From assembly GCA_000708835.1 (NCBI GenBank), contig DF237339.1:22922-86921 (forward strand): DNA of 64,000 bases. Reading direction: 5' to 3'. The first letter of the stretch is position 1; each line of letters opens with the position of its first letter. Origin of the DNA: Klebsormidium nitens. Taxonomy: Eukaryota; Plantae; Klebsormidiophyceae. Below are positions 25,601 to 39,121 of this stretch, piece by piece. A program made the translations under genes and the position numbers. Under the pieces are notes generated by a model that had not been told where the DNA came from, did no database searches, and saw only the letters and a program-made list of their open reading frames with translations.

Positions 25601-28600
25601 ATAAGCCGTGGCAGAGCCTGCTTGCGTTGTACCGCGGCAGAGTCTTGGTGCGAAGCAACCTCGGGAAGCATCATTACAGACCCTGGCACTCATTACGATA
25701 GATCAGCCGTGGTAGACGCGATTCCGTCTGCGCAGGTTTTCTGTAGGTCCAGTGAAAAGACAGAAGAGGCTAGATTGACAACGACAAAACCTCTTGCGTA
25801 ACCTTTCCTACGAACAACAAAAACTAAGGTGTCTAGAAAGCCAATGATTGGGGGGTTACCTCTTGCGCGCCATGCTTTCCGCCTGCTGAGCGACAACGGA
25901 CGCCGCTTCCATTGTTTTCATGCTTCCGGCCTCCCTTTCCGCCCTCTCACCGACAGCCGAACTTGCTGGATCGTCCTTTGCTTGAGCGTCCGCATCGCTT
26001 CTACTCGCGCCGGGTTCAGCAGTATATTGGTTGACCGGATTTGAAGGGTCCATCTGCCTATCGTCAGGCAAAACCCCGTTGCCCTCCAAGGAACGAACTC
26101 TAGTCAGAGGATCCGTGGCTTCCGCAGATCCGTTCGCAGTCTCGGGCGGAGCTCCGCGGGTGCCTTCCGAAGAGTTCTCGCCTGGGAAGCGGCTCAACTG
26201 AGCTGGATGTGAATCGGCGGGTGTGCTTTGGACCTCCGTAATAGACGGCGCAGCGTTGCCGGCTTCCTCGCCGCTTTCTGGAACTGCTAGAGTAGATTCC
26301 TGCCCTCGCTGCGTGGAAGATTCTTCGATGGCCGAAAATCTAGCCGCCTGCCCGATTGATCCACCCTCGTCTCTGGTCATACCCAAAGAGTCCCCTTCGC
26401 TGTCCTCACTGTGCAATTCACGATCCTGCCCCTCACCCGGGGCAGCAAAAGCGGACTGCCTTGTCGGACTCAATTCAAGCTTCATGTTACTCGACCCGCG
26501 ACTTCCGCTACTTTTTATCGACCCCCTGTCGCGCCGTTCCGCTCTGTTCCCGGCCGCATTCCGCTCATGTCCACTAGCCTTAACCCGAAAGCTTTCTCCA
26601 TTCCCCTCCCCTGTGTCCTGATTCCCCTCCCGTTGCTTCGTTGGGATTCGTCCCGCCGACCGCGGCCGCTGCGGGCCCTGCTTGTCCTGCCCGTTGCTGT
26701 TGCGAATCTCCGTTAAAGCCCCTCGTGCCGCTGCGCTTCTCGAACGACTCCTGCTGACGTCATGGCTCCCGCTGACGTCATCCCGCGCAGCCGCAGCGCT
26801 TGCGCAGCCCGTACTAGAGTCCAGCTCTGTGCTGGCGGAATCAGCGTTTTCGACTGCGTGCGCGCCGTCCCGCCGGGCCCTCCGGTGCGCTTCTGCATCG
26901 GCGCGGATCTGCTCGCGGAGCCGCTGCACCTCCGCCTCGAGCCGCTGCTGTTCCTCTTGGACCGCTAGCTTCCTGCAAAGGGCGTTATCGGAGCTCTGAT
27001 AAGGAATCTATGATATCGATCGGAGTGTCCACGATGATTGCAACCCCGAGCTTTGAATCGCCTCAGAAAGTGGGGATTCCAGACGGAGATGATTTGCTTG
27101 AGACTGTAGACATTCTGCCTGAGAAGGAGTACCTAGTTCTTCCAATAATCTGCTTGGCAGCTTGTCCTAGTCGGATCTCAAGGGATATCAAATGAGAAGG
27201 CCGCCGCGCTTGCACAGGTAGCCTGCAGTTTCCTTGAGGATGAGAGTAATCCTAAGACTGCTGAGTACCCTGACTACTTTTCGCAGATTTCAGGTCAACA
27301 GTATGTTTCGGCCAAAGACTGCGATTGCTTCACCAGCTTCCCCCAGATGTTCAGGTACCTGTCAAGTGGTGATGGCTGGTGCTTGACAAAAGCTGTCTTC
27401 GTCTTTCAAACGGATATCATGCAGAAAGCTGGCTCCAGAACACAAGGATCAACCTGAAAGTACAATGCTGTCATTTGACAGAGTTCCCCACAGCTTCGGG
27501 TAGTCATAATCCAGCACAAAACACTTCATACCCTCTCAAAAGTACGGGGCTGGAGATCGATTAAGGACAGAAGAGAACAGAAGTGCCACGAACCGAATGC
27601 ACTGAGAAGTCTGAGAAGTTCTGTTCGCGGTACTGTCAACGCCTGCACTCGCAAGTGCGCGGACTTCATAACTGGACATCCATCTACCCTCAAAGTAGGG
27701 GCTGACTCAAAGAACATGTTGTAGGTGTGCGCTCAAGAAAGTCCAGCGAGTGTGTTTGGTTCAGACCCACCTTTTCTGGTACGCAACAACTCTGTTGTCC
27801 TTCCTTTCAGGCTTTGTAGAACCAGGAGTGCCGCTGCTGACAGTGGACTTATGAGGTGCCAACTGCACACCACGGGCCTCCGCCAAAGCAGCCCGCCCTT
27901 GCGCAAGAATATCCACCTTTTGCGGAGCTCGCTTCTTTCTTTTCTCCTCCACCATCTGCGATGACACTTGTGTCTTGTTGCTAGGCAGTTTAGACAGCAG
28001 TCTGTGACGCTTTGAGGCAATAGGGCACTTTCGAGAGAAAGCTGAAGGAGGGCGAGGCTTCCTTCTACAGCTTTGGAGCACGAGGGTACTGCAGAGCTGC
28101 AGCACGCCAAAGCCATCACCCCCTACGACCAGAGACAAGTTCGGAATCTTACGCAGGGACCAGATGCCAAAGCCTACACACATATTTTGAGAACTTTCAT
28201 TAGTTCTAAAAGTAGGGATATCCAGCAAGGCACAGGGATGTCTCTTACCTGATGCCTGAGCTCCATAACAAGTCGAGGAGCATACTCTTTGACGTTATGC
28301 CCTGGCTTTGCTTCTTGCGCCCTTGCCTGACCATACTTGGCTACACTCGCTTTGGTTTGTCTCTCAAGGCCCCTAGGTTGGAGAGTCTCCACATATTGAG
28401 CTGGATCGTACCGCTTCGATTTGTGTTCAGGTTCCGTAGACAGTAGCTGTTGGGGGGGCAGCTGGCCCTTGTTGACATAAGAATTGAGAAGCCTGAAGGA
28501 TTGAGTCAAGGAGGTACTGAAGATGCAGACATAAAGGAACATTGCGGCACAAGCAAGTCATGATATGCGCGAGAAAGGTGCAAGGAGACAGCACCCCTAG

Positions 28601-29420
28601 CAGATGAGACTTTGCATTCTGTTGGAAGGGCAATCAGAGATTCTGGCGAACGTGGATATAGCAAGCTTATCAAACTCCTAGTGCTTGATGGGATGGGGGG
28701 GCTTAAGGATACTGCCAGCGTGAAGGCGCCCTGTTTTCTGCTTGAGAGCTGTGTTCGCTTCCCAAGGGAGATGCCGGCTCCTTGTGGTGTTCTTCCTCCA
28801 ACTCAGACCAAAGATCAGACTTTCTGTTACAGCTAGCTCCACGTCCAATGCTTTCATGCTTCTCGCTGAAGATACTATTTTTCCAATCGAAAGAGCTACT
28901 CAAGGCATCTTTGATGAAGTGTCTCCCTCCTGGATCAACTCCTTTGGGAGACAACGTAAAAGCCGGTGCTTGCCCCAAGAGACTAAGGCTGTCATCTGCA
29001 GCTAACGAGTAGGTCCATGCTGTGTCTTCGAGGTCCAATCTGTACTCCAGGTTGGGAAGAAGAGATGGTTCATTGTCCCCTTCCCAGTCGCGCAGTACAG
29101 CGGAGGCTGCAAGAGAAGAGAATCCAAATATGCTGCGAGATGCAACCTCAAATGTGTGCTGAAAGCTAGGGGAGCTGAAAGCTGAAAGAGCCGGAAGACA
29201 GAAAGCTGAAAGAGCCCATCTTCTGAGAAAGCTAGCAGTTTGCAATGTGCTGGAGGCAACGCATCAGGGTTTGAACAACAAGACCTTCGTGCTGGCTCTG
29301 ACCTTAGTTGCCTCGTCATTCTCCCGTGATATGCACAGACAATCTGCAAAGCAACTGAGCACAGACTGGCCCCAATTTCTTACTTACCTTTCTCATAGAC
29401 GTCCATCTCATCAGATCCGA
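19695..29420 (-). CDS. CCDC191: CCDC191-like ciliary/centriolar coiled-coil protein with Sfi1-like W-repeats; 5' exons only approximately resolved
   Basis: Phase-consistent exons (3' part): 27955-27771, 26972-25860, 24926-24731, 24329-24253, 23861-23734, 23208-22334, 22007-21775, 21142-20890, 20386-20220, 19875-19695. Upstream coding pieces lie near 29420-29388, 29106-28830 and 28446-28249. APRLVMELRHQ followed by MVEEKRKKR and RKLAVQEEQQRLEAEVQRLREQI recalls the CCDC191 core (PRLTMEMRHKQVKENR...). Repeated LxxAWxxW motifs. Confidence 0.65.
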
Positions 29421-30112
29421 TAATTGCTAAGTGCTCAGTACGTCCATGGGCGCCGCCTCATCTCCGCAGGCGGAAAAGATCAGACGGCTATGTGGCAAAC
29501 CAACACGCTGGACAATTGTTCCTTTGTTCCATTTGCAGCGCCCAATGAACTAACAGTAACTAGATCATTGTGGTGCAGCTATTGCACGTTGCAGCTGCTC
29601 CATGCTGATGCTCCTCAGCTCGGTTGCTGGGCCCTTCGAAAATTAGGGTTGGGATGCGAGTGGGTTCGCCGTCGAACGGAAAACCTCACAGACGCCTAGG
29701 GGCTCGGTTCGATGATGTGCCCCCAATTCAGAGCAGCACACGTCCTGAGCATTCTGAATCTTGCGATTCTTGGATTTGAAAGCGAGCACTTCTCTGGCCA
29801 GGCCGGCTGGCTGCATTTGCATTCCACTACCACTAGCATTGGCAAAGGGCGAATGTATTACGGCGCTTGCTGCACGAAATCCACTCTCTCTTTCTCCGCG
29901 CACCGCAGACTGCTACAGGTGCTCTGCCACTATTTGTTGATGTCTGCAGAACGTATGTGCCTACTCCTCAGGGCATCCCCGGCGCTAAGACTGGGCGGAA
30001 GGGCCAGGCGTTTGAGTGCTAGCAACATTTGAAAAGTGCTGATTCTTAATGCATTGAGTGCAGCCCTTGAGTGCTTATAATCCTGAGCCTTTACCACCAC
30101 AAGCACGCGTGA

Positions 30113-33100
30113 ATGGATCCGCTCGCTGCTGTGAGGACCTCAACAGCTTGGGTGGTGGATCAAGCAAAACATGTGACCATCAATGATGCAGGTAAAGCAG
30201 GGACGAACGACCTTCTTGGTTTTCTGACATACACTGGAGGGGAAGCATTGAGATGTGCAAAATGTATGAGCATTGTTGAGCAAACCTTTAAGCCTGTTTA
30301 TTGTTCTACTAAGAGGCCAGGAAGAGCTTCGTGATGCAACCACTGTTGCTGGACAGCTGGCTTCAAGCGTGACAGCATGCCTTTTATCTTTTTACATCCA
30401 CTTGAGAGCATTGGGAAAGCGTTCCAAACTGAAGCATACTCCCTTTGCCATACCCCGTACAGCAATCAATGCTGCGGCCAAGCACCTCAGCGCACAGTCA
30501 GTACCATCAGTGGTATGGAACAGTGATGACATGCACTACAGCGATGGAGGGCCGCTGACGGTGCAATACTTGTTTCTCCTTGATGCGCTGAACTTCTGCT
30601 TCTGGCCAGGTGAGACGTCCAAAGGCTCACCACATTTGGGAACTGCAGAAAGAAGTCAAAGAGAAATGACTTCCTGATTGCATGATGATTGGTGACCATC
30701 TGCCAAACGTTTGCACTCCTCTTTAACTCGCCTCAGTCCCAGGACTTCCTAATCAAGTGGTCCTTCTTTGAAGTGCAGACTCAGAGTTTGACTACGTCCA
30801 TCTCGCTAAAGGGCTCAAGGCGTCCCTGGAGAAGGACAAGGCCTGCTTGGATGCAGATAAGCTGGCGGCGTGCGATGGTACGTTGGACAAAGCCAACCCA
30901 AGATAGATAAACACTTTATGTAGTTTAAATCCCCTAATCAAGGCATCTGCAGAATTGGGCAGGTGTCAATGTCAGGCAGACATTGGCGACCGTTACAGGT
31001 CAACGATTCAGGGAAAAGCCATTGAATTGAACATTTTTTGGACAAATTTTCCGAGATTGTTCAAGTCATCGACGCATGGCTCATGCTTAAGAGGCCTTTC
31101 TATCAGGCCTAATGGATTAGGTGACCCGCGGGCGAACTGCTGATGACTGATCTGGTTCTCACTTTCTCCAGGATTGATGCTCCGCAAGCTGGTTCAGTGG
31201 AAAACCGAACTGCCTGGAGAGGAGGAACGAGCCCGCTTGGTCAGAGAGGTAGGCTCAATCCCAAGCGAGAAACATTCTCCTGGGTAAATTTGACTTCGGC
31301 CTTCGTATGCACGGCTTCAGTATATGAGGTGGCTATGTTTCTGAAACACTAGAATTCGTTGCTATTGTCGGGAAACAGAGCTGCTGGAGGAGATGCTGCG
31401 TCTCAAGGGGCTGTCAACTTTTGCATCAGAAACAGGGGAAACCAACTGAATTCATTCGTTGATTTTGGCCAGGTTGGAACGGGTCTCCTCTCCTCTTTCG
31501 AAGGTCAAGCAGCAAACCTGGTCAGGGCGGCCAACAACTCTGCAGCGCAGTTGGTGACCTTGGTGACAGCGCATTTCCCAGGTCAGTTACATCTAACGTT
31601 CAGCATAGCAATCAATCTTCGGTTCTGGAGGCGAGTGTAAATCTTCGTCAGACCAATTCGAGAGACGGTTCTGAGTGATGCAAAGCCTGGTCCGCGCTCA
31701 ATAAGGTGCCCATGCTCCACGAGAATTCCTCGAACTCAAGTACCCCATGAGGACTGAGCGCGGTTGGGAGAAAAAGCTTCTTCTACTACCCCTTCGTAGC
31801 AAGCCTTGCAGAAAGTGTCACAGCATAGAGCCAATGAAGATGCAATGGTTGATTGTGTTTCGGCGAAACCACATTAGGCGATTCTTTGGATCCGCCAAGG
31901 CATCCGCATGACAATCTAGGCGAAGCTGCTTGAAGTCACAAGCTTCGAAGGCGAGGAAAAAGTAGCTGACTGTGTCACTATTCAGGAGGCGAGTTTCGAC
32001 GATCCTTCATCCTTCAGACTTCGATACTCTGAAGCTGTGTAAATGGAGGACTTGATGACAAAGCAGACTGCTTGCCTGTGCAGGCTTTCGTGATCACTGC
32101 GTTTACAGAGGAAGGCAAGTGTTCCTCTACAAGCGCGCACAAATTTTCGTTGGGGACGTGTGGGGAGCTTTCGAAGGAAGAGGCCTGGGATCCTTCAACG
32201 ACATTGAAGCGCTGACAATGTAAGCTCAACCTCCTTCTTCGCCTTCTGAGCAAACGCGAGTCCGATTGGTTCTAAAAGGATAGACGGTGCCTCGTATTGA
32301 TCTTCTGAAAGTAGGCTGGTTGAGCGAAGCGTCACCTTCAACATGTTCCTGCAATCAAGCCCGCGGTCTTCTGAGAGTTCTAGAATTGACGTGCCAAACT
32401 GTCTAGTTGTTGGTAACAAACCTGCCTCTTTCGAACGTCTCCATACCAGGATCCTTAAGCATATCGTTGGCCGCTTAAAAGCAATTTGTTTCTCTTACTA
32501 GACCTTCTTATGCAGGTTCGCAGACTACCTGGTTCCAGTCGTGCTGAGAGAATGGAAGATCCTCGATTACGACCAAGTGTTGGCAACGAGGGTAAAGGAA
32601 AAGGAAGAGATTGAGCCAGGATCCGCGGAGGAGGTAATTGTGTTAATCGACTTCCATGATTCCACTGTCTGGAAGCATTTCTCCTCGTTTTTTGGCCCCT
32701 GATCGGCGACGATCCAATGTGACATCTCGTGTTGCTGACTTGACAACGTCAACCCGGGTTGCTTCCTGTGGCAGCTTCAATTCATTGGCTGTTGTGCAGG
32801 TAGAGATCCGAGCAGCGACCATCTTAGCAGTTGAGAGATTGCGGGAAAGTGTAGCAAAGCAAATAAAACAGGAGGTAAGTTCGTGTTTCAGGTACTCTAG
32901 CCCTTGCTTACAGATTGTGTTGGTCTCAGCATAAGCTCATGCCTCTTGCTCGGAACGAGTTCCAGCTTTTCAACTCATGCACGTTGTGTGCGCATGTGCA
33001 TCGCGGGAGACCATTCACAAGTGACTTAAATAACGGAAAACAAGTTGACAACAGATCTTGACTGGATGTTTACTGCCGGATCTCATGAGCAATCTTCTCG

Positions 33101-33235
33101 GCGTGACCTGATCGTGCAACTCTCCTGATTTTGCAGGTCCTCAGTTTACAGATTGACTGGTGGCTGTGGCAATATGGAGAAGACAATAGGAGCCGATTGG
33201 AACCACATCACAGGACAAGAACGATATACTATTAG
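30113..33235 (+). CDS. QNG1: Queuosine salvage protein / queuosine 5'-phosphate N-glycosylase (C9orf64, Q_salvage family)
   Basis: Nine exons in phase: 30113-30191, 30463-30609, 30779-30877, 31172-31248, 31473-31581, 32084-32219, 32516-32633, 32800-32874, 33137-33235. Motifs YLFLLDALNFCFWP, ERARLVREVG, HFPGFRDH, FLYKRAQIFVGDVWG, LTMFADYLVP, EVEIRAATI, IDWWLW, HHRTRTIYY*. Confidence 0.93.
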
Positions 33236-34494
33236 AAGGCCACCGATACGATAGCTTCGTTGAGTGTCTTTGCACGCTGCCCGTCTTGGTCTTGGCGACA
33301 TGCTCCTTGGCACGAGTTCGGTGTTCATAGGTCATCTACTTCTCGGCACATGCTCTGGCAGATTAGTCAAGATCAGATCACCTTGATTGTTGATCAACGT
33401 CGAATGTCCAAAGCAGGTCGTTGAAATGCAAATTGATGTTGTCAGGTTGAGTTGCTAATTTGAAGGTGTTTGTCTAGCTGCTCATGTAGACGAAAGCATG
33501 ACTATGACCATTTAGATTGACTTGCTCATAGATCCTTGTAAGATGACGCGGAGCTAGCTCATTGTATTGCCAAGCATTGAGCAATGGGCGCGCCTCATTG
33601 GAATCTGGCCCAAGCTGCCGAGTTTTAGGCATGCGCTCATGGTCAAACAAATCACTTTTCGGTCATGCCAATTGCCCCAAAGACGCATGACTACGAGACT
33701 AGCTCGCTCCGAGATCGAATTGTTTTATTGAGGTCAGAGACTCAAGAGGAGGTCGGAGGGAGTCGATCTGAAGCTCGCCCCTTCTAATCGTTTTCATTCT
33801 AATCAAGACTTCATTGGATGCTAGCCTCTAGGTGTTCCATTATTGAAATACTGTCCTTTTGATTGATAATTTCTAGGGGTCGACAAAGACCTGTGCATGT
33901 GCACGAGGGTCACTCCGTCCCTCTATTGATATAAGAGACTTGCCCGAGACAGACCTAAAGCGCGCGAGGGAAAGTCGATTCCTCATGTGCACCCGGGCAA
34001 CGCCACCAGCGACGATTTCTCGAGCGCAAAACTTGGGCATCCAGACTGTTCGGCAGCATGAATCGAGACCGTTGGATGTTCCGTTTTGACGGTTCGATTC
34101 ACATTGCCCGCACAGCAGGGCCATGGCTGCCAAGGTGCCAAGATGGCAGATCTGGTGGCTCACATTTGCTGTTCGCAGATCCTACAAGGACAATCCGAGC
34201 TAACAATTTGGGGGCCTCTGACCTCGTCCCGAGTGTTATACGGGGTCTGGAAACGCGAACTTTGAAGGCCATTTTGCCGAAAGTAACAACGATTACTCGA
34301 TTCAAATCGTCACAGCTGAACTCTCCTCCAAAACAAAAGACATCCTCTTATACGGGCATAAGCGACGCTTAAACATTTGCTTATAGGTTAGATTCCCTTG
34401 TTTTCTGATCGGGTTTATCCAGCGCTTTGCTCATGTCGGAATGAGAATGTTCAGCTTTTGAAGCAACAGAAGAAGTGCAAAGAGATCCAGCGCA

Positions 34495-37400
34495 ATGGCT
34501 TCCTCTGCCGCAGTTGCCAGCGTTGGTGCCTCCTCGAGCCTGGGACTGTCTGCAAGGGGGTCTGTCAGGTCTGCCAGCAGGGCCAATGTCGCCGTCACTC
34601 CGTCGCGGTCATTCAGCAGGAGGGCCAATGCACCTGCCAGGCAGACCGCGGCAGTCGGTGCATTCTCCAGCGAGATGCACAGCGCTGCTAGGCAGGTGTC
34701 CGAGGGCTTCTTCGGAGTGAATGCTGTTGCCAGAGCCGCTGCTGCTCAGGGGCCTAAGGCCAGCAGGAGACCGATCAGGGCGCTTGTTGTGTGCAAAGTT
34801 GGGGAGAAGACTGTTGTCATCGGACTTGCTGCTGACTCCGGTTGCGGGAAGAGTACCTTCATGAGGAGGCTTACGAGCGTTTTCGGAGGGGCTGCGTCAC
34901 CCCCTAAGGGTGGCAACCCCGATTCTAACACACTCATCTCAGACACGACCACTGTGATCTGCCTCGATGATTACCATTCCTTGGACAGGGGGGGCAGGAA
35001 GAGAGAGAAGGTGACGGCCTTGGATCCTAAGGCACAGAACTTTGACCTGATGTATGAGCAGGTCAAGGCACTGAAAGAGGGCAAGGCAGTTGACAAGCCG
35101 ATTTACAACCACGTCACTGGTCTCCTGGACCCCCCAGAGAGGATTGAGTCCCCTGATATCCTTGTCATCGAGGGTCTCCACCCAATGTGAGTCTCAAATA
35201 TGCAAAGTGACAACAGTTGGTTGGCTGCATTTCAGAATGCATACTTCCACGTCGACAGCAGCTGCTGCAAAGCAAGCGCTGCATTAACCAATTCCACAGA
35301 ACTCTTGCTTGTCATTGTTTGCAGAAGGCAATGCAGCTTGTTTTCTGCCTGGTCATATCACCAACTTTGACAGGACTCGTCAGAGAAGGTCTCTCGGAAA
35401 TGAGAAAGGTTGCTGCAGCTCTTACATGCATGCAGATCTTGCTTTCTGTAAGATCAGTGATCTGTTTTACTGGTTCACTGGTCTTGCAACCTCGCCATAG
35501 AGGCCGAGGAAGCTTACTGAGACTGGTTGCTTTCTTCAAATGTCATTCTGTCAGAGTAACTGCTGCAAATGCAATGTGACCATCACCTTACATGCTTTGA
35601 TGGAGCAACTTAAAAGTAGCCGCTTGAAATGTGGTACAGGTTCGATGACCGGGTCCGTGAGTTGCTCGACTTCACCGTATATCTGGACATCAGCGATGAG
35701 GTCAAGTTTGCCTGGAAGATTCAGGTGAGCCAGATGGCTATAGACGCTTGATGCAGACACCCTCAAGTTTTAGCAATTTTAGTGACTCAAGAATGGACAT
35801 TTGGACCGAATTCTACTACGTTTGCCACTCAAATGACACGAGGCACATTTTCCATGCTTGAACATCAGTAGCAGGTGTGGAAACATTCCAAAGTTTGCAC
35901 GTTGGCACCAGGCGTGGGCTGACGGTGAAGCCACTCGTTCGAACAATGGAACTTTGCTGATGGCGCTTGTTCTTGTGGTCAGCGTGACATGGCTGAGCGC
36001 GGCCACAGCTTGGAGAGCATCAAGGCCAGCATTGAGTCCAGAAAACCTGACTTCGATGCATTCATTGGTGAGTTCTTAATCTTCCAAGATCAGACATCCA
36101 TCCTCCAGTTCCATCACTCCTCAGTTCCCTCCTGTTCCTCACCAACTATCAATAAACGTGGCGGAAAACATGCATGGTCAGATGCTCTTCTATCGTTGCT
36201 GCAATTGGCCGACTATGATGTAAGCCCTAAATGTAATGGTCGAGTCATCCAATCTTCAGCAGCAACAAAGCACCACTCTTCTGGTGGAGATGTGCCAGTT
36301 AAAGAAGTGCTCCTTTAGCGAAGGGCACAAAGCTGTGATCAATGTCGATGGTGTAAACAAATTCAAAAGGACCAAAGAAAGCGGAGCTTCTGAGGCTCAG
36401 TAGGAAGCAAACACCACAATCTGGCTTCTTCATCTAAGTTGGTGCTGGTACCCAAGTCTTCCTGAGTCTTTCAGCCAATCCTGCAGCCATTTTATAAAAT
36501 GCAAGGACTTGCAGTAACTCTACTGTGTGGAAGCAAGCAAACTCGTAACAGGGAACTTTACCATAGACGCAGATTCTTGAGTTGCTTCGGTTGCTCCACA
36601 AATGCTACAGAAAGTAGGGGTTATATGCAGCAACTTTGCCCGTTATCATGCCTCACTCTCAACTTCAACAATCTGCAAGCCTGCAAGCCACTAGCATGCT
36701 GTTCACTGTATTTAACACAGCGCAATTAGTAGACTTCCAACTTCGTTATACCCGGCGGCAACATCTTAACCCTAGGTTTTTTGTTGGGCAACTAGATGTA
36801 GATCAACTGGGACGCCGATACGCATGAGTTACAGTCTACTTGCTCTACTTGGATTGCAAGATTCTAGCTATGTTCAAACATTGAATTCCTTTCCTTGCAA
36901 AGGAAGCAAACCTGCCAATTCCTGCACCGAAGTTTCGTATGCATCAGCTATCTGAGACTCCGGGTTGCCCACAGTTGATCCGCTCATCCCAATCCTGAGG
37001 CTCCAAAAGGGAGGATATTACTTTTGCAACTTCCAGTCCTTCTGCAAAACCCTAGCTTTTCAAGACATTGAGCTGCTCCCTCGCGGTGACTTGCTCACCC
37101 CCGATAGACCCCCGCAGGATAGTTCAACTCAGTTTGTCGCCCCGAGTCCTAGATTTCCCAGCTGCTGATTCGCTCACCCCTCGCCCCCGCAGACCCCCAG
37201 AAGGAGAAGGCGGACATTGTGATCCAGGTCCTGCCGACCCAGCTCATTCCCGACGACAACGAGGGCAAGGTGCTGCGCGTGAGGATGATCCAGAAGGAGG
37301 GCGTGGAGGGCTTCGACCCCGTGTACCTGTATGACGAGGGGTCGACCATCTCTTGGATTCCTTGCGGCAGGAAGCTCACGTGCTCATACCCGGGCATCAA

Positions 37401-38502
37401 GTTCTTCTACGGGCCCGACACGTACTACGGTAACGAGGTGGGTCACCTGCTCTTAAGAGTCTCTACTTCTGCTGGTCTTTTTGTAATTCAGTCACGATGC
37501 TTCATGTTGAGAGTGATTTGCAGATCAGCCAGATTGATGTTTGTGTGAAACAATTGCTTATCAGGGGGATTATGCAAGAGGGAAAAGTGGGAAGCATGCA
37601 GCACTCGTTGCATCAGGTTCTTTGCACTTGGACCTTAAGAGTGGTTGTACAGAGTTGCATGACTTCCAATGAAAGTAAATGTTGTCCTGCTGCAAGAGCA
37701 CACGGAGCGCAGACACCCCCCAGTATCTCGAGCACGATGTCAAGAATCACGGAAGTACGGATTTTACCCCAGAATGAGCAAGTTAAACAAGTGTGCAAGA
37801 GATAAAAAGCTGGGTTACATATAGCCTCTACTTTTGTCGCTGAAAGCAAATGCTTCCACGACAACTCAAACACAGCCCTTAAAAGTCAGAGAACGATCTT
37901 AAAAACAACTCCATCGGTCCTCTAGCGCATTCACCAAAGGTTTCGGACCTTGCAGAGGAAGGACTTGGTTTGAGAAAGTGCCAGTGCGTCTGCCTTTCTC
38001 GATGCACAAATTGCAGGCGCCGCACGCTGGGCAGATTTTTAGTTGTTGTGGCGAAACAAGCAGGAGGGCGAACGGCTTCATTCAGAAGCATTTTTCTTCA
38101 CCTGTTACTGACTTTCGATATATCAAAAAAAGAAAGGAATGTTGGAGGTTTCAGAAGCGGGTAGGAGAAAAGCAGGCGTTCTTAAAGACGTTTGATGTAA
38201 TCCTTTCGATTGTCTGTTGGATCAAAAGAATCGCTCCGACTAACTCGTATGCCCTTTTCTTGCAGGTGTCCGTCCTGGAGATGGATGGGCAGTTCGATAA
38301 GCTGGAGGAGCTGATCTACGTCGAGAGCCACTTGAGCAACACATCCTCAAAGTTCTACGGGGAGATCACGCAGCAGATGCTCAGGCATGCGGACTTCCCT
38401 GGGTCTAACAACGGCACCGGCCTCTTCCAAACCATCGTTGGGTTGAAGATTAGGGAAGCGTACGAGAAGCTCGCAAAGAAGGCCGTGGCTGTCACCGTAT
38501 AA
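34495..38502 (+). CDS. PRK: Phosphoribulokinase, chloroplast precursor
   Basis: Exons 34495-35186, 35640-35724, 35983-36067, 37193-37437, 38266-38502. Ser/Ala/Arg-rich transit peptide. VVIGLAADSGCGKSTFMRRLT (P-loop with regulatory Cys), VICLDDYH, IYLDISDEVKFAWKIQRD, WIPCGRKLTCSYPG, FPGSNNGTGLFQTIVGLKIR. Confidence 0.98.
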
Positions 38503-39121
38503 GTTCGGTACTTAGTTGTGCTTATAACTCTGAGTTGCCCCGTTGCTGACGGGTTGACGATTTCCACCTTGTGGAGAAGATCTGGGTCGATCTGCGTTGA
38601 TAGTGCAATCACAGCAAGTCTTTCTGACTTCTACCGTAGATTGCATTAGGTCGATTGCAAATGAAGCCGAAGTTTTGCTCGGCGGCAGACTATTTGTCAC
38701 GAAACCTTGCGTTTGTATGTTCAGTCCACGCTTGACATGGGAACGTTGTGAGCGGCTACTATGAAGGGGATTTACGACAAGCTGCATCGAGCCATCATGT
38801 GCTCAGTTGTTGCCATCATTATGCTTTGAGTGCTGCTTGTGCCCTTGCTGTCCGACCTAGGGCCTGGTCAACAATGTACGCGCATTGGCTGCAGCGTCGC
38901 ACATATATATGTCATGGACTACATGGCGGTCATACCATGCATGATGCACGTTCATGCATTTATTTGCCCTTCAAGTGGTCCTACTAGTAAGGTTGTATTT
39001 TTTGGCGCGGCCGCGCCCTTTTTTTGCAGTATGCAAGCCTCATTAAGTGCATCAATTGGTGCGCGAGCTAAAATTGGTGCGCGATCGCTAACAGATCGAG
39101 TATAATCGACATGTGATATGT

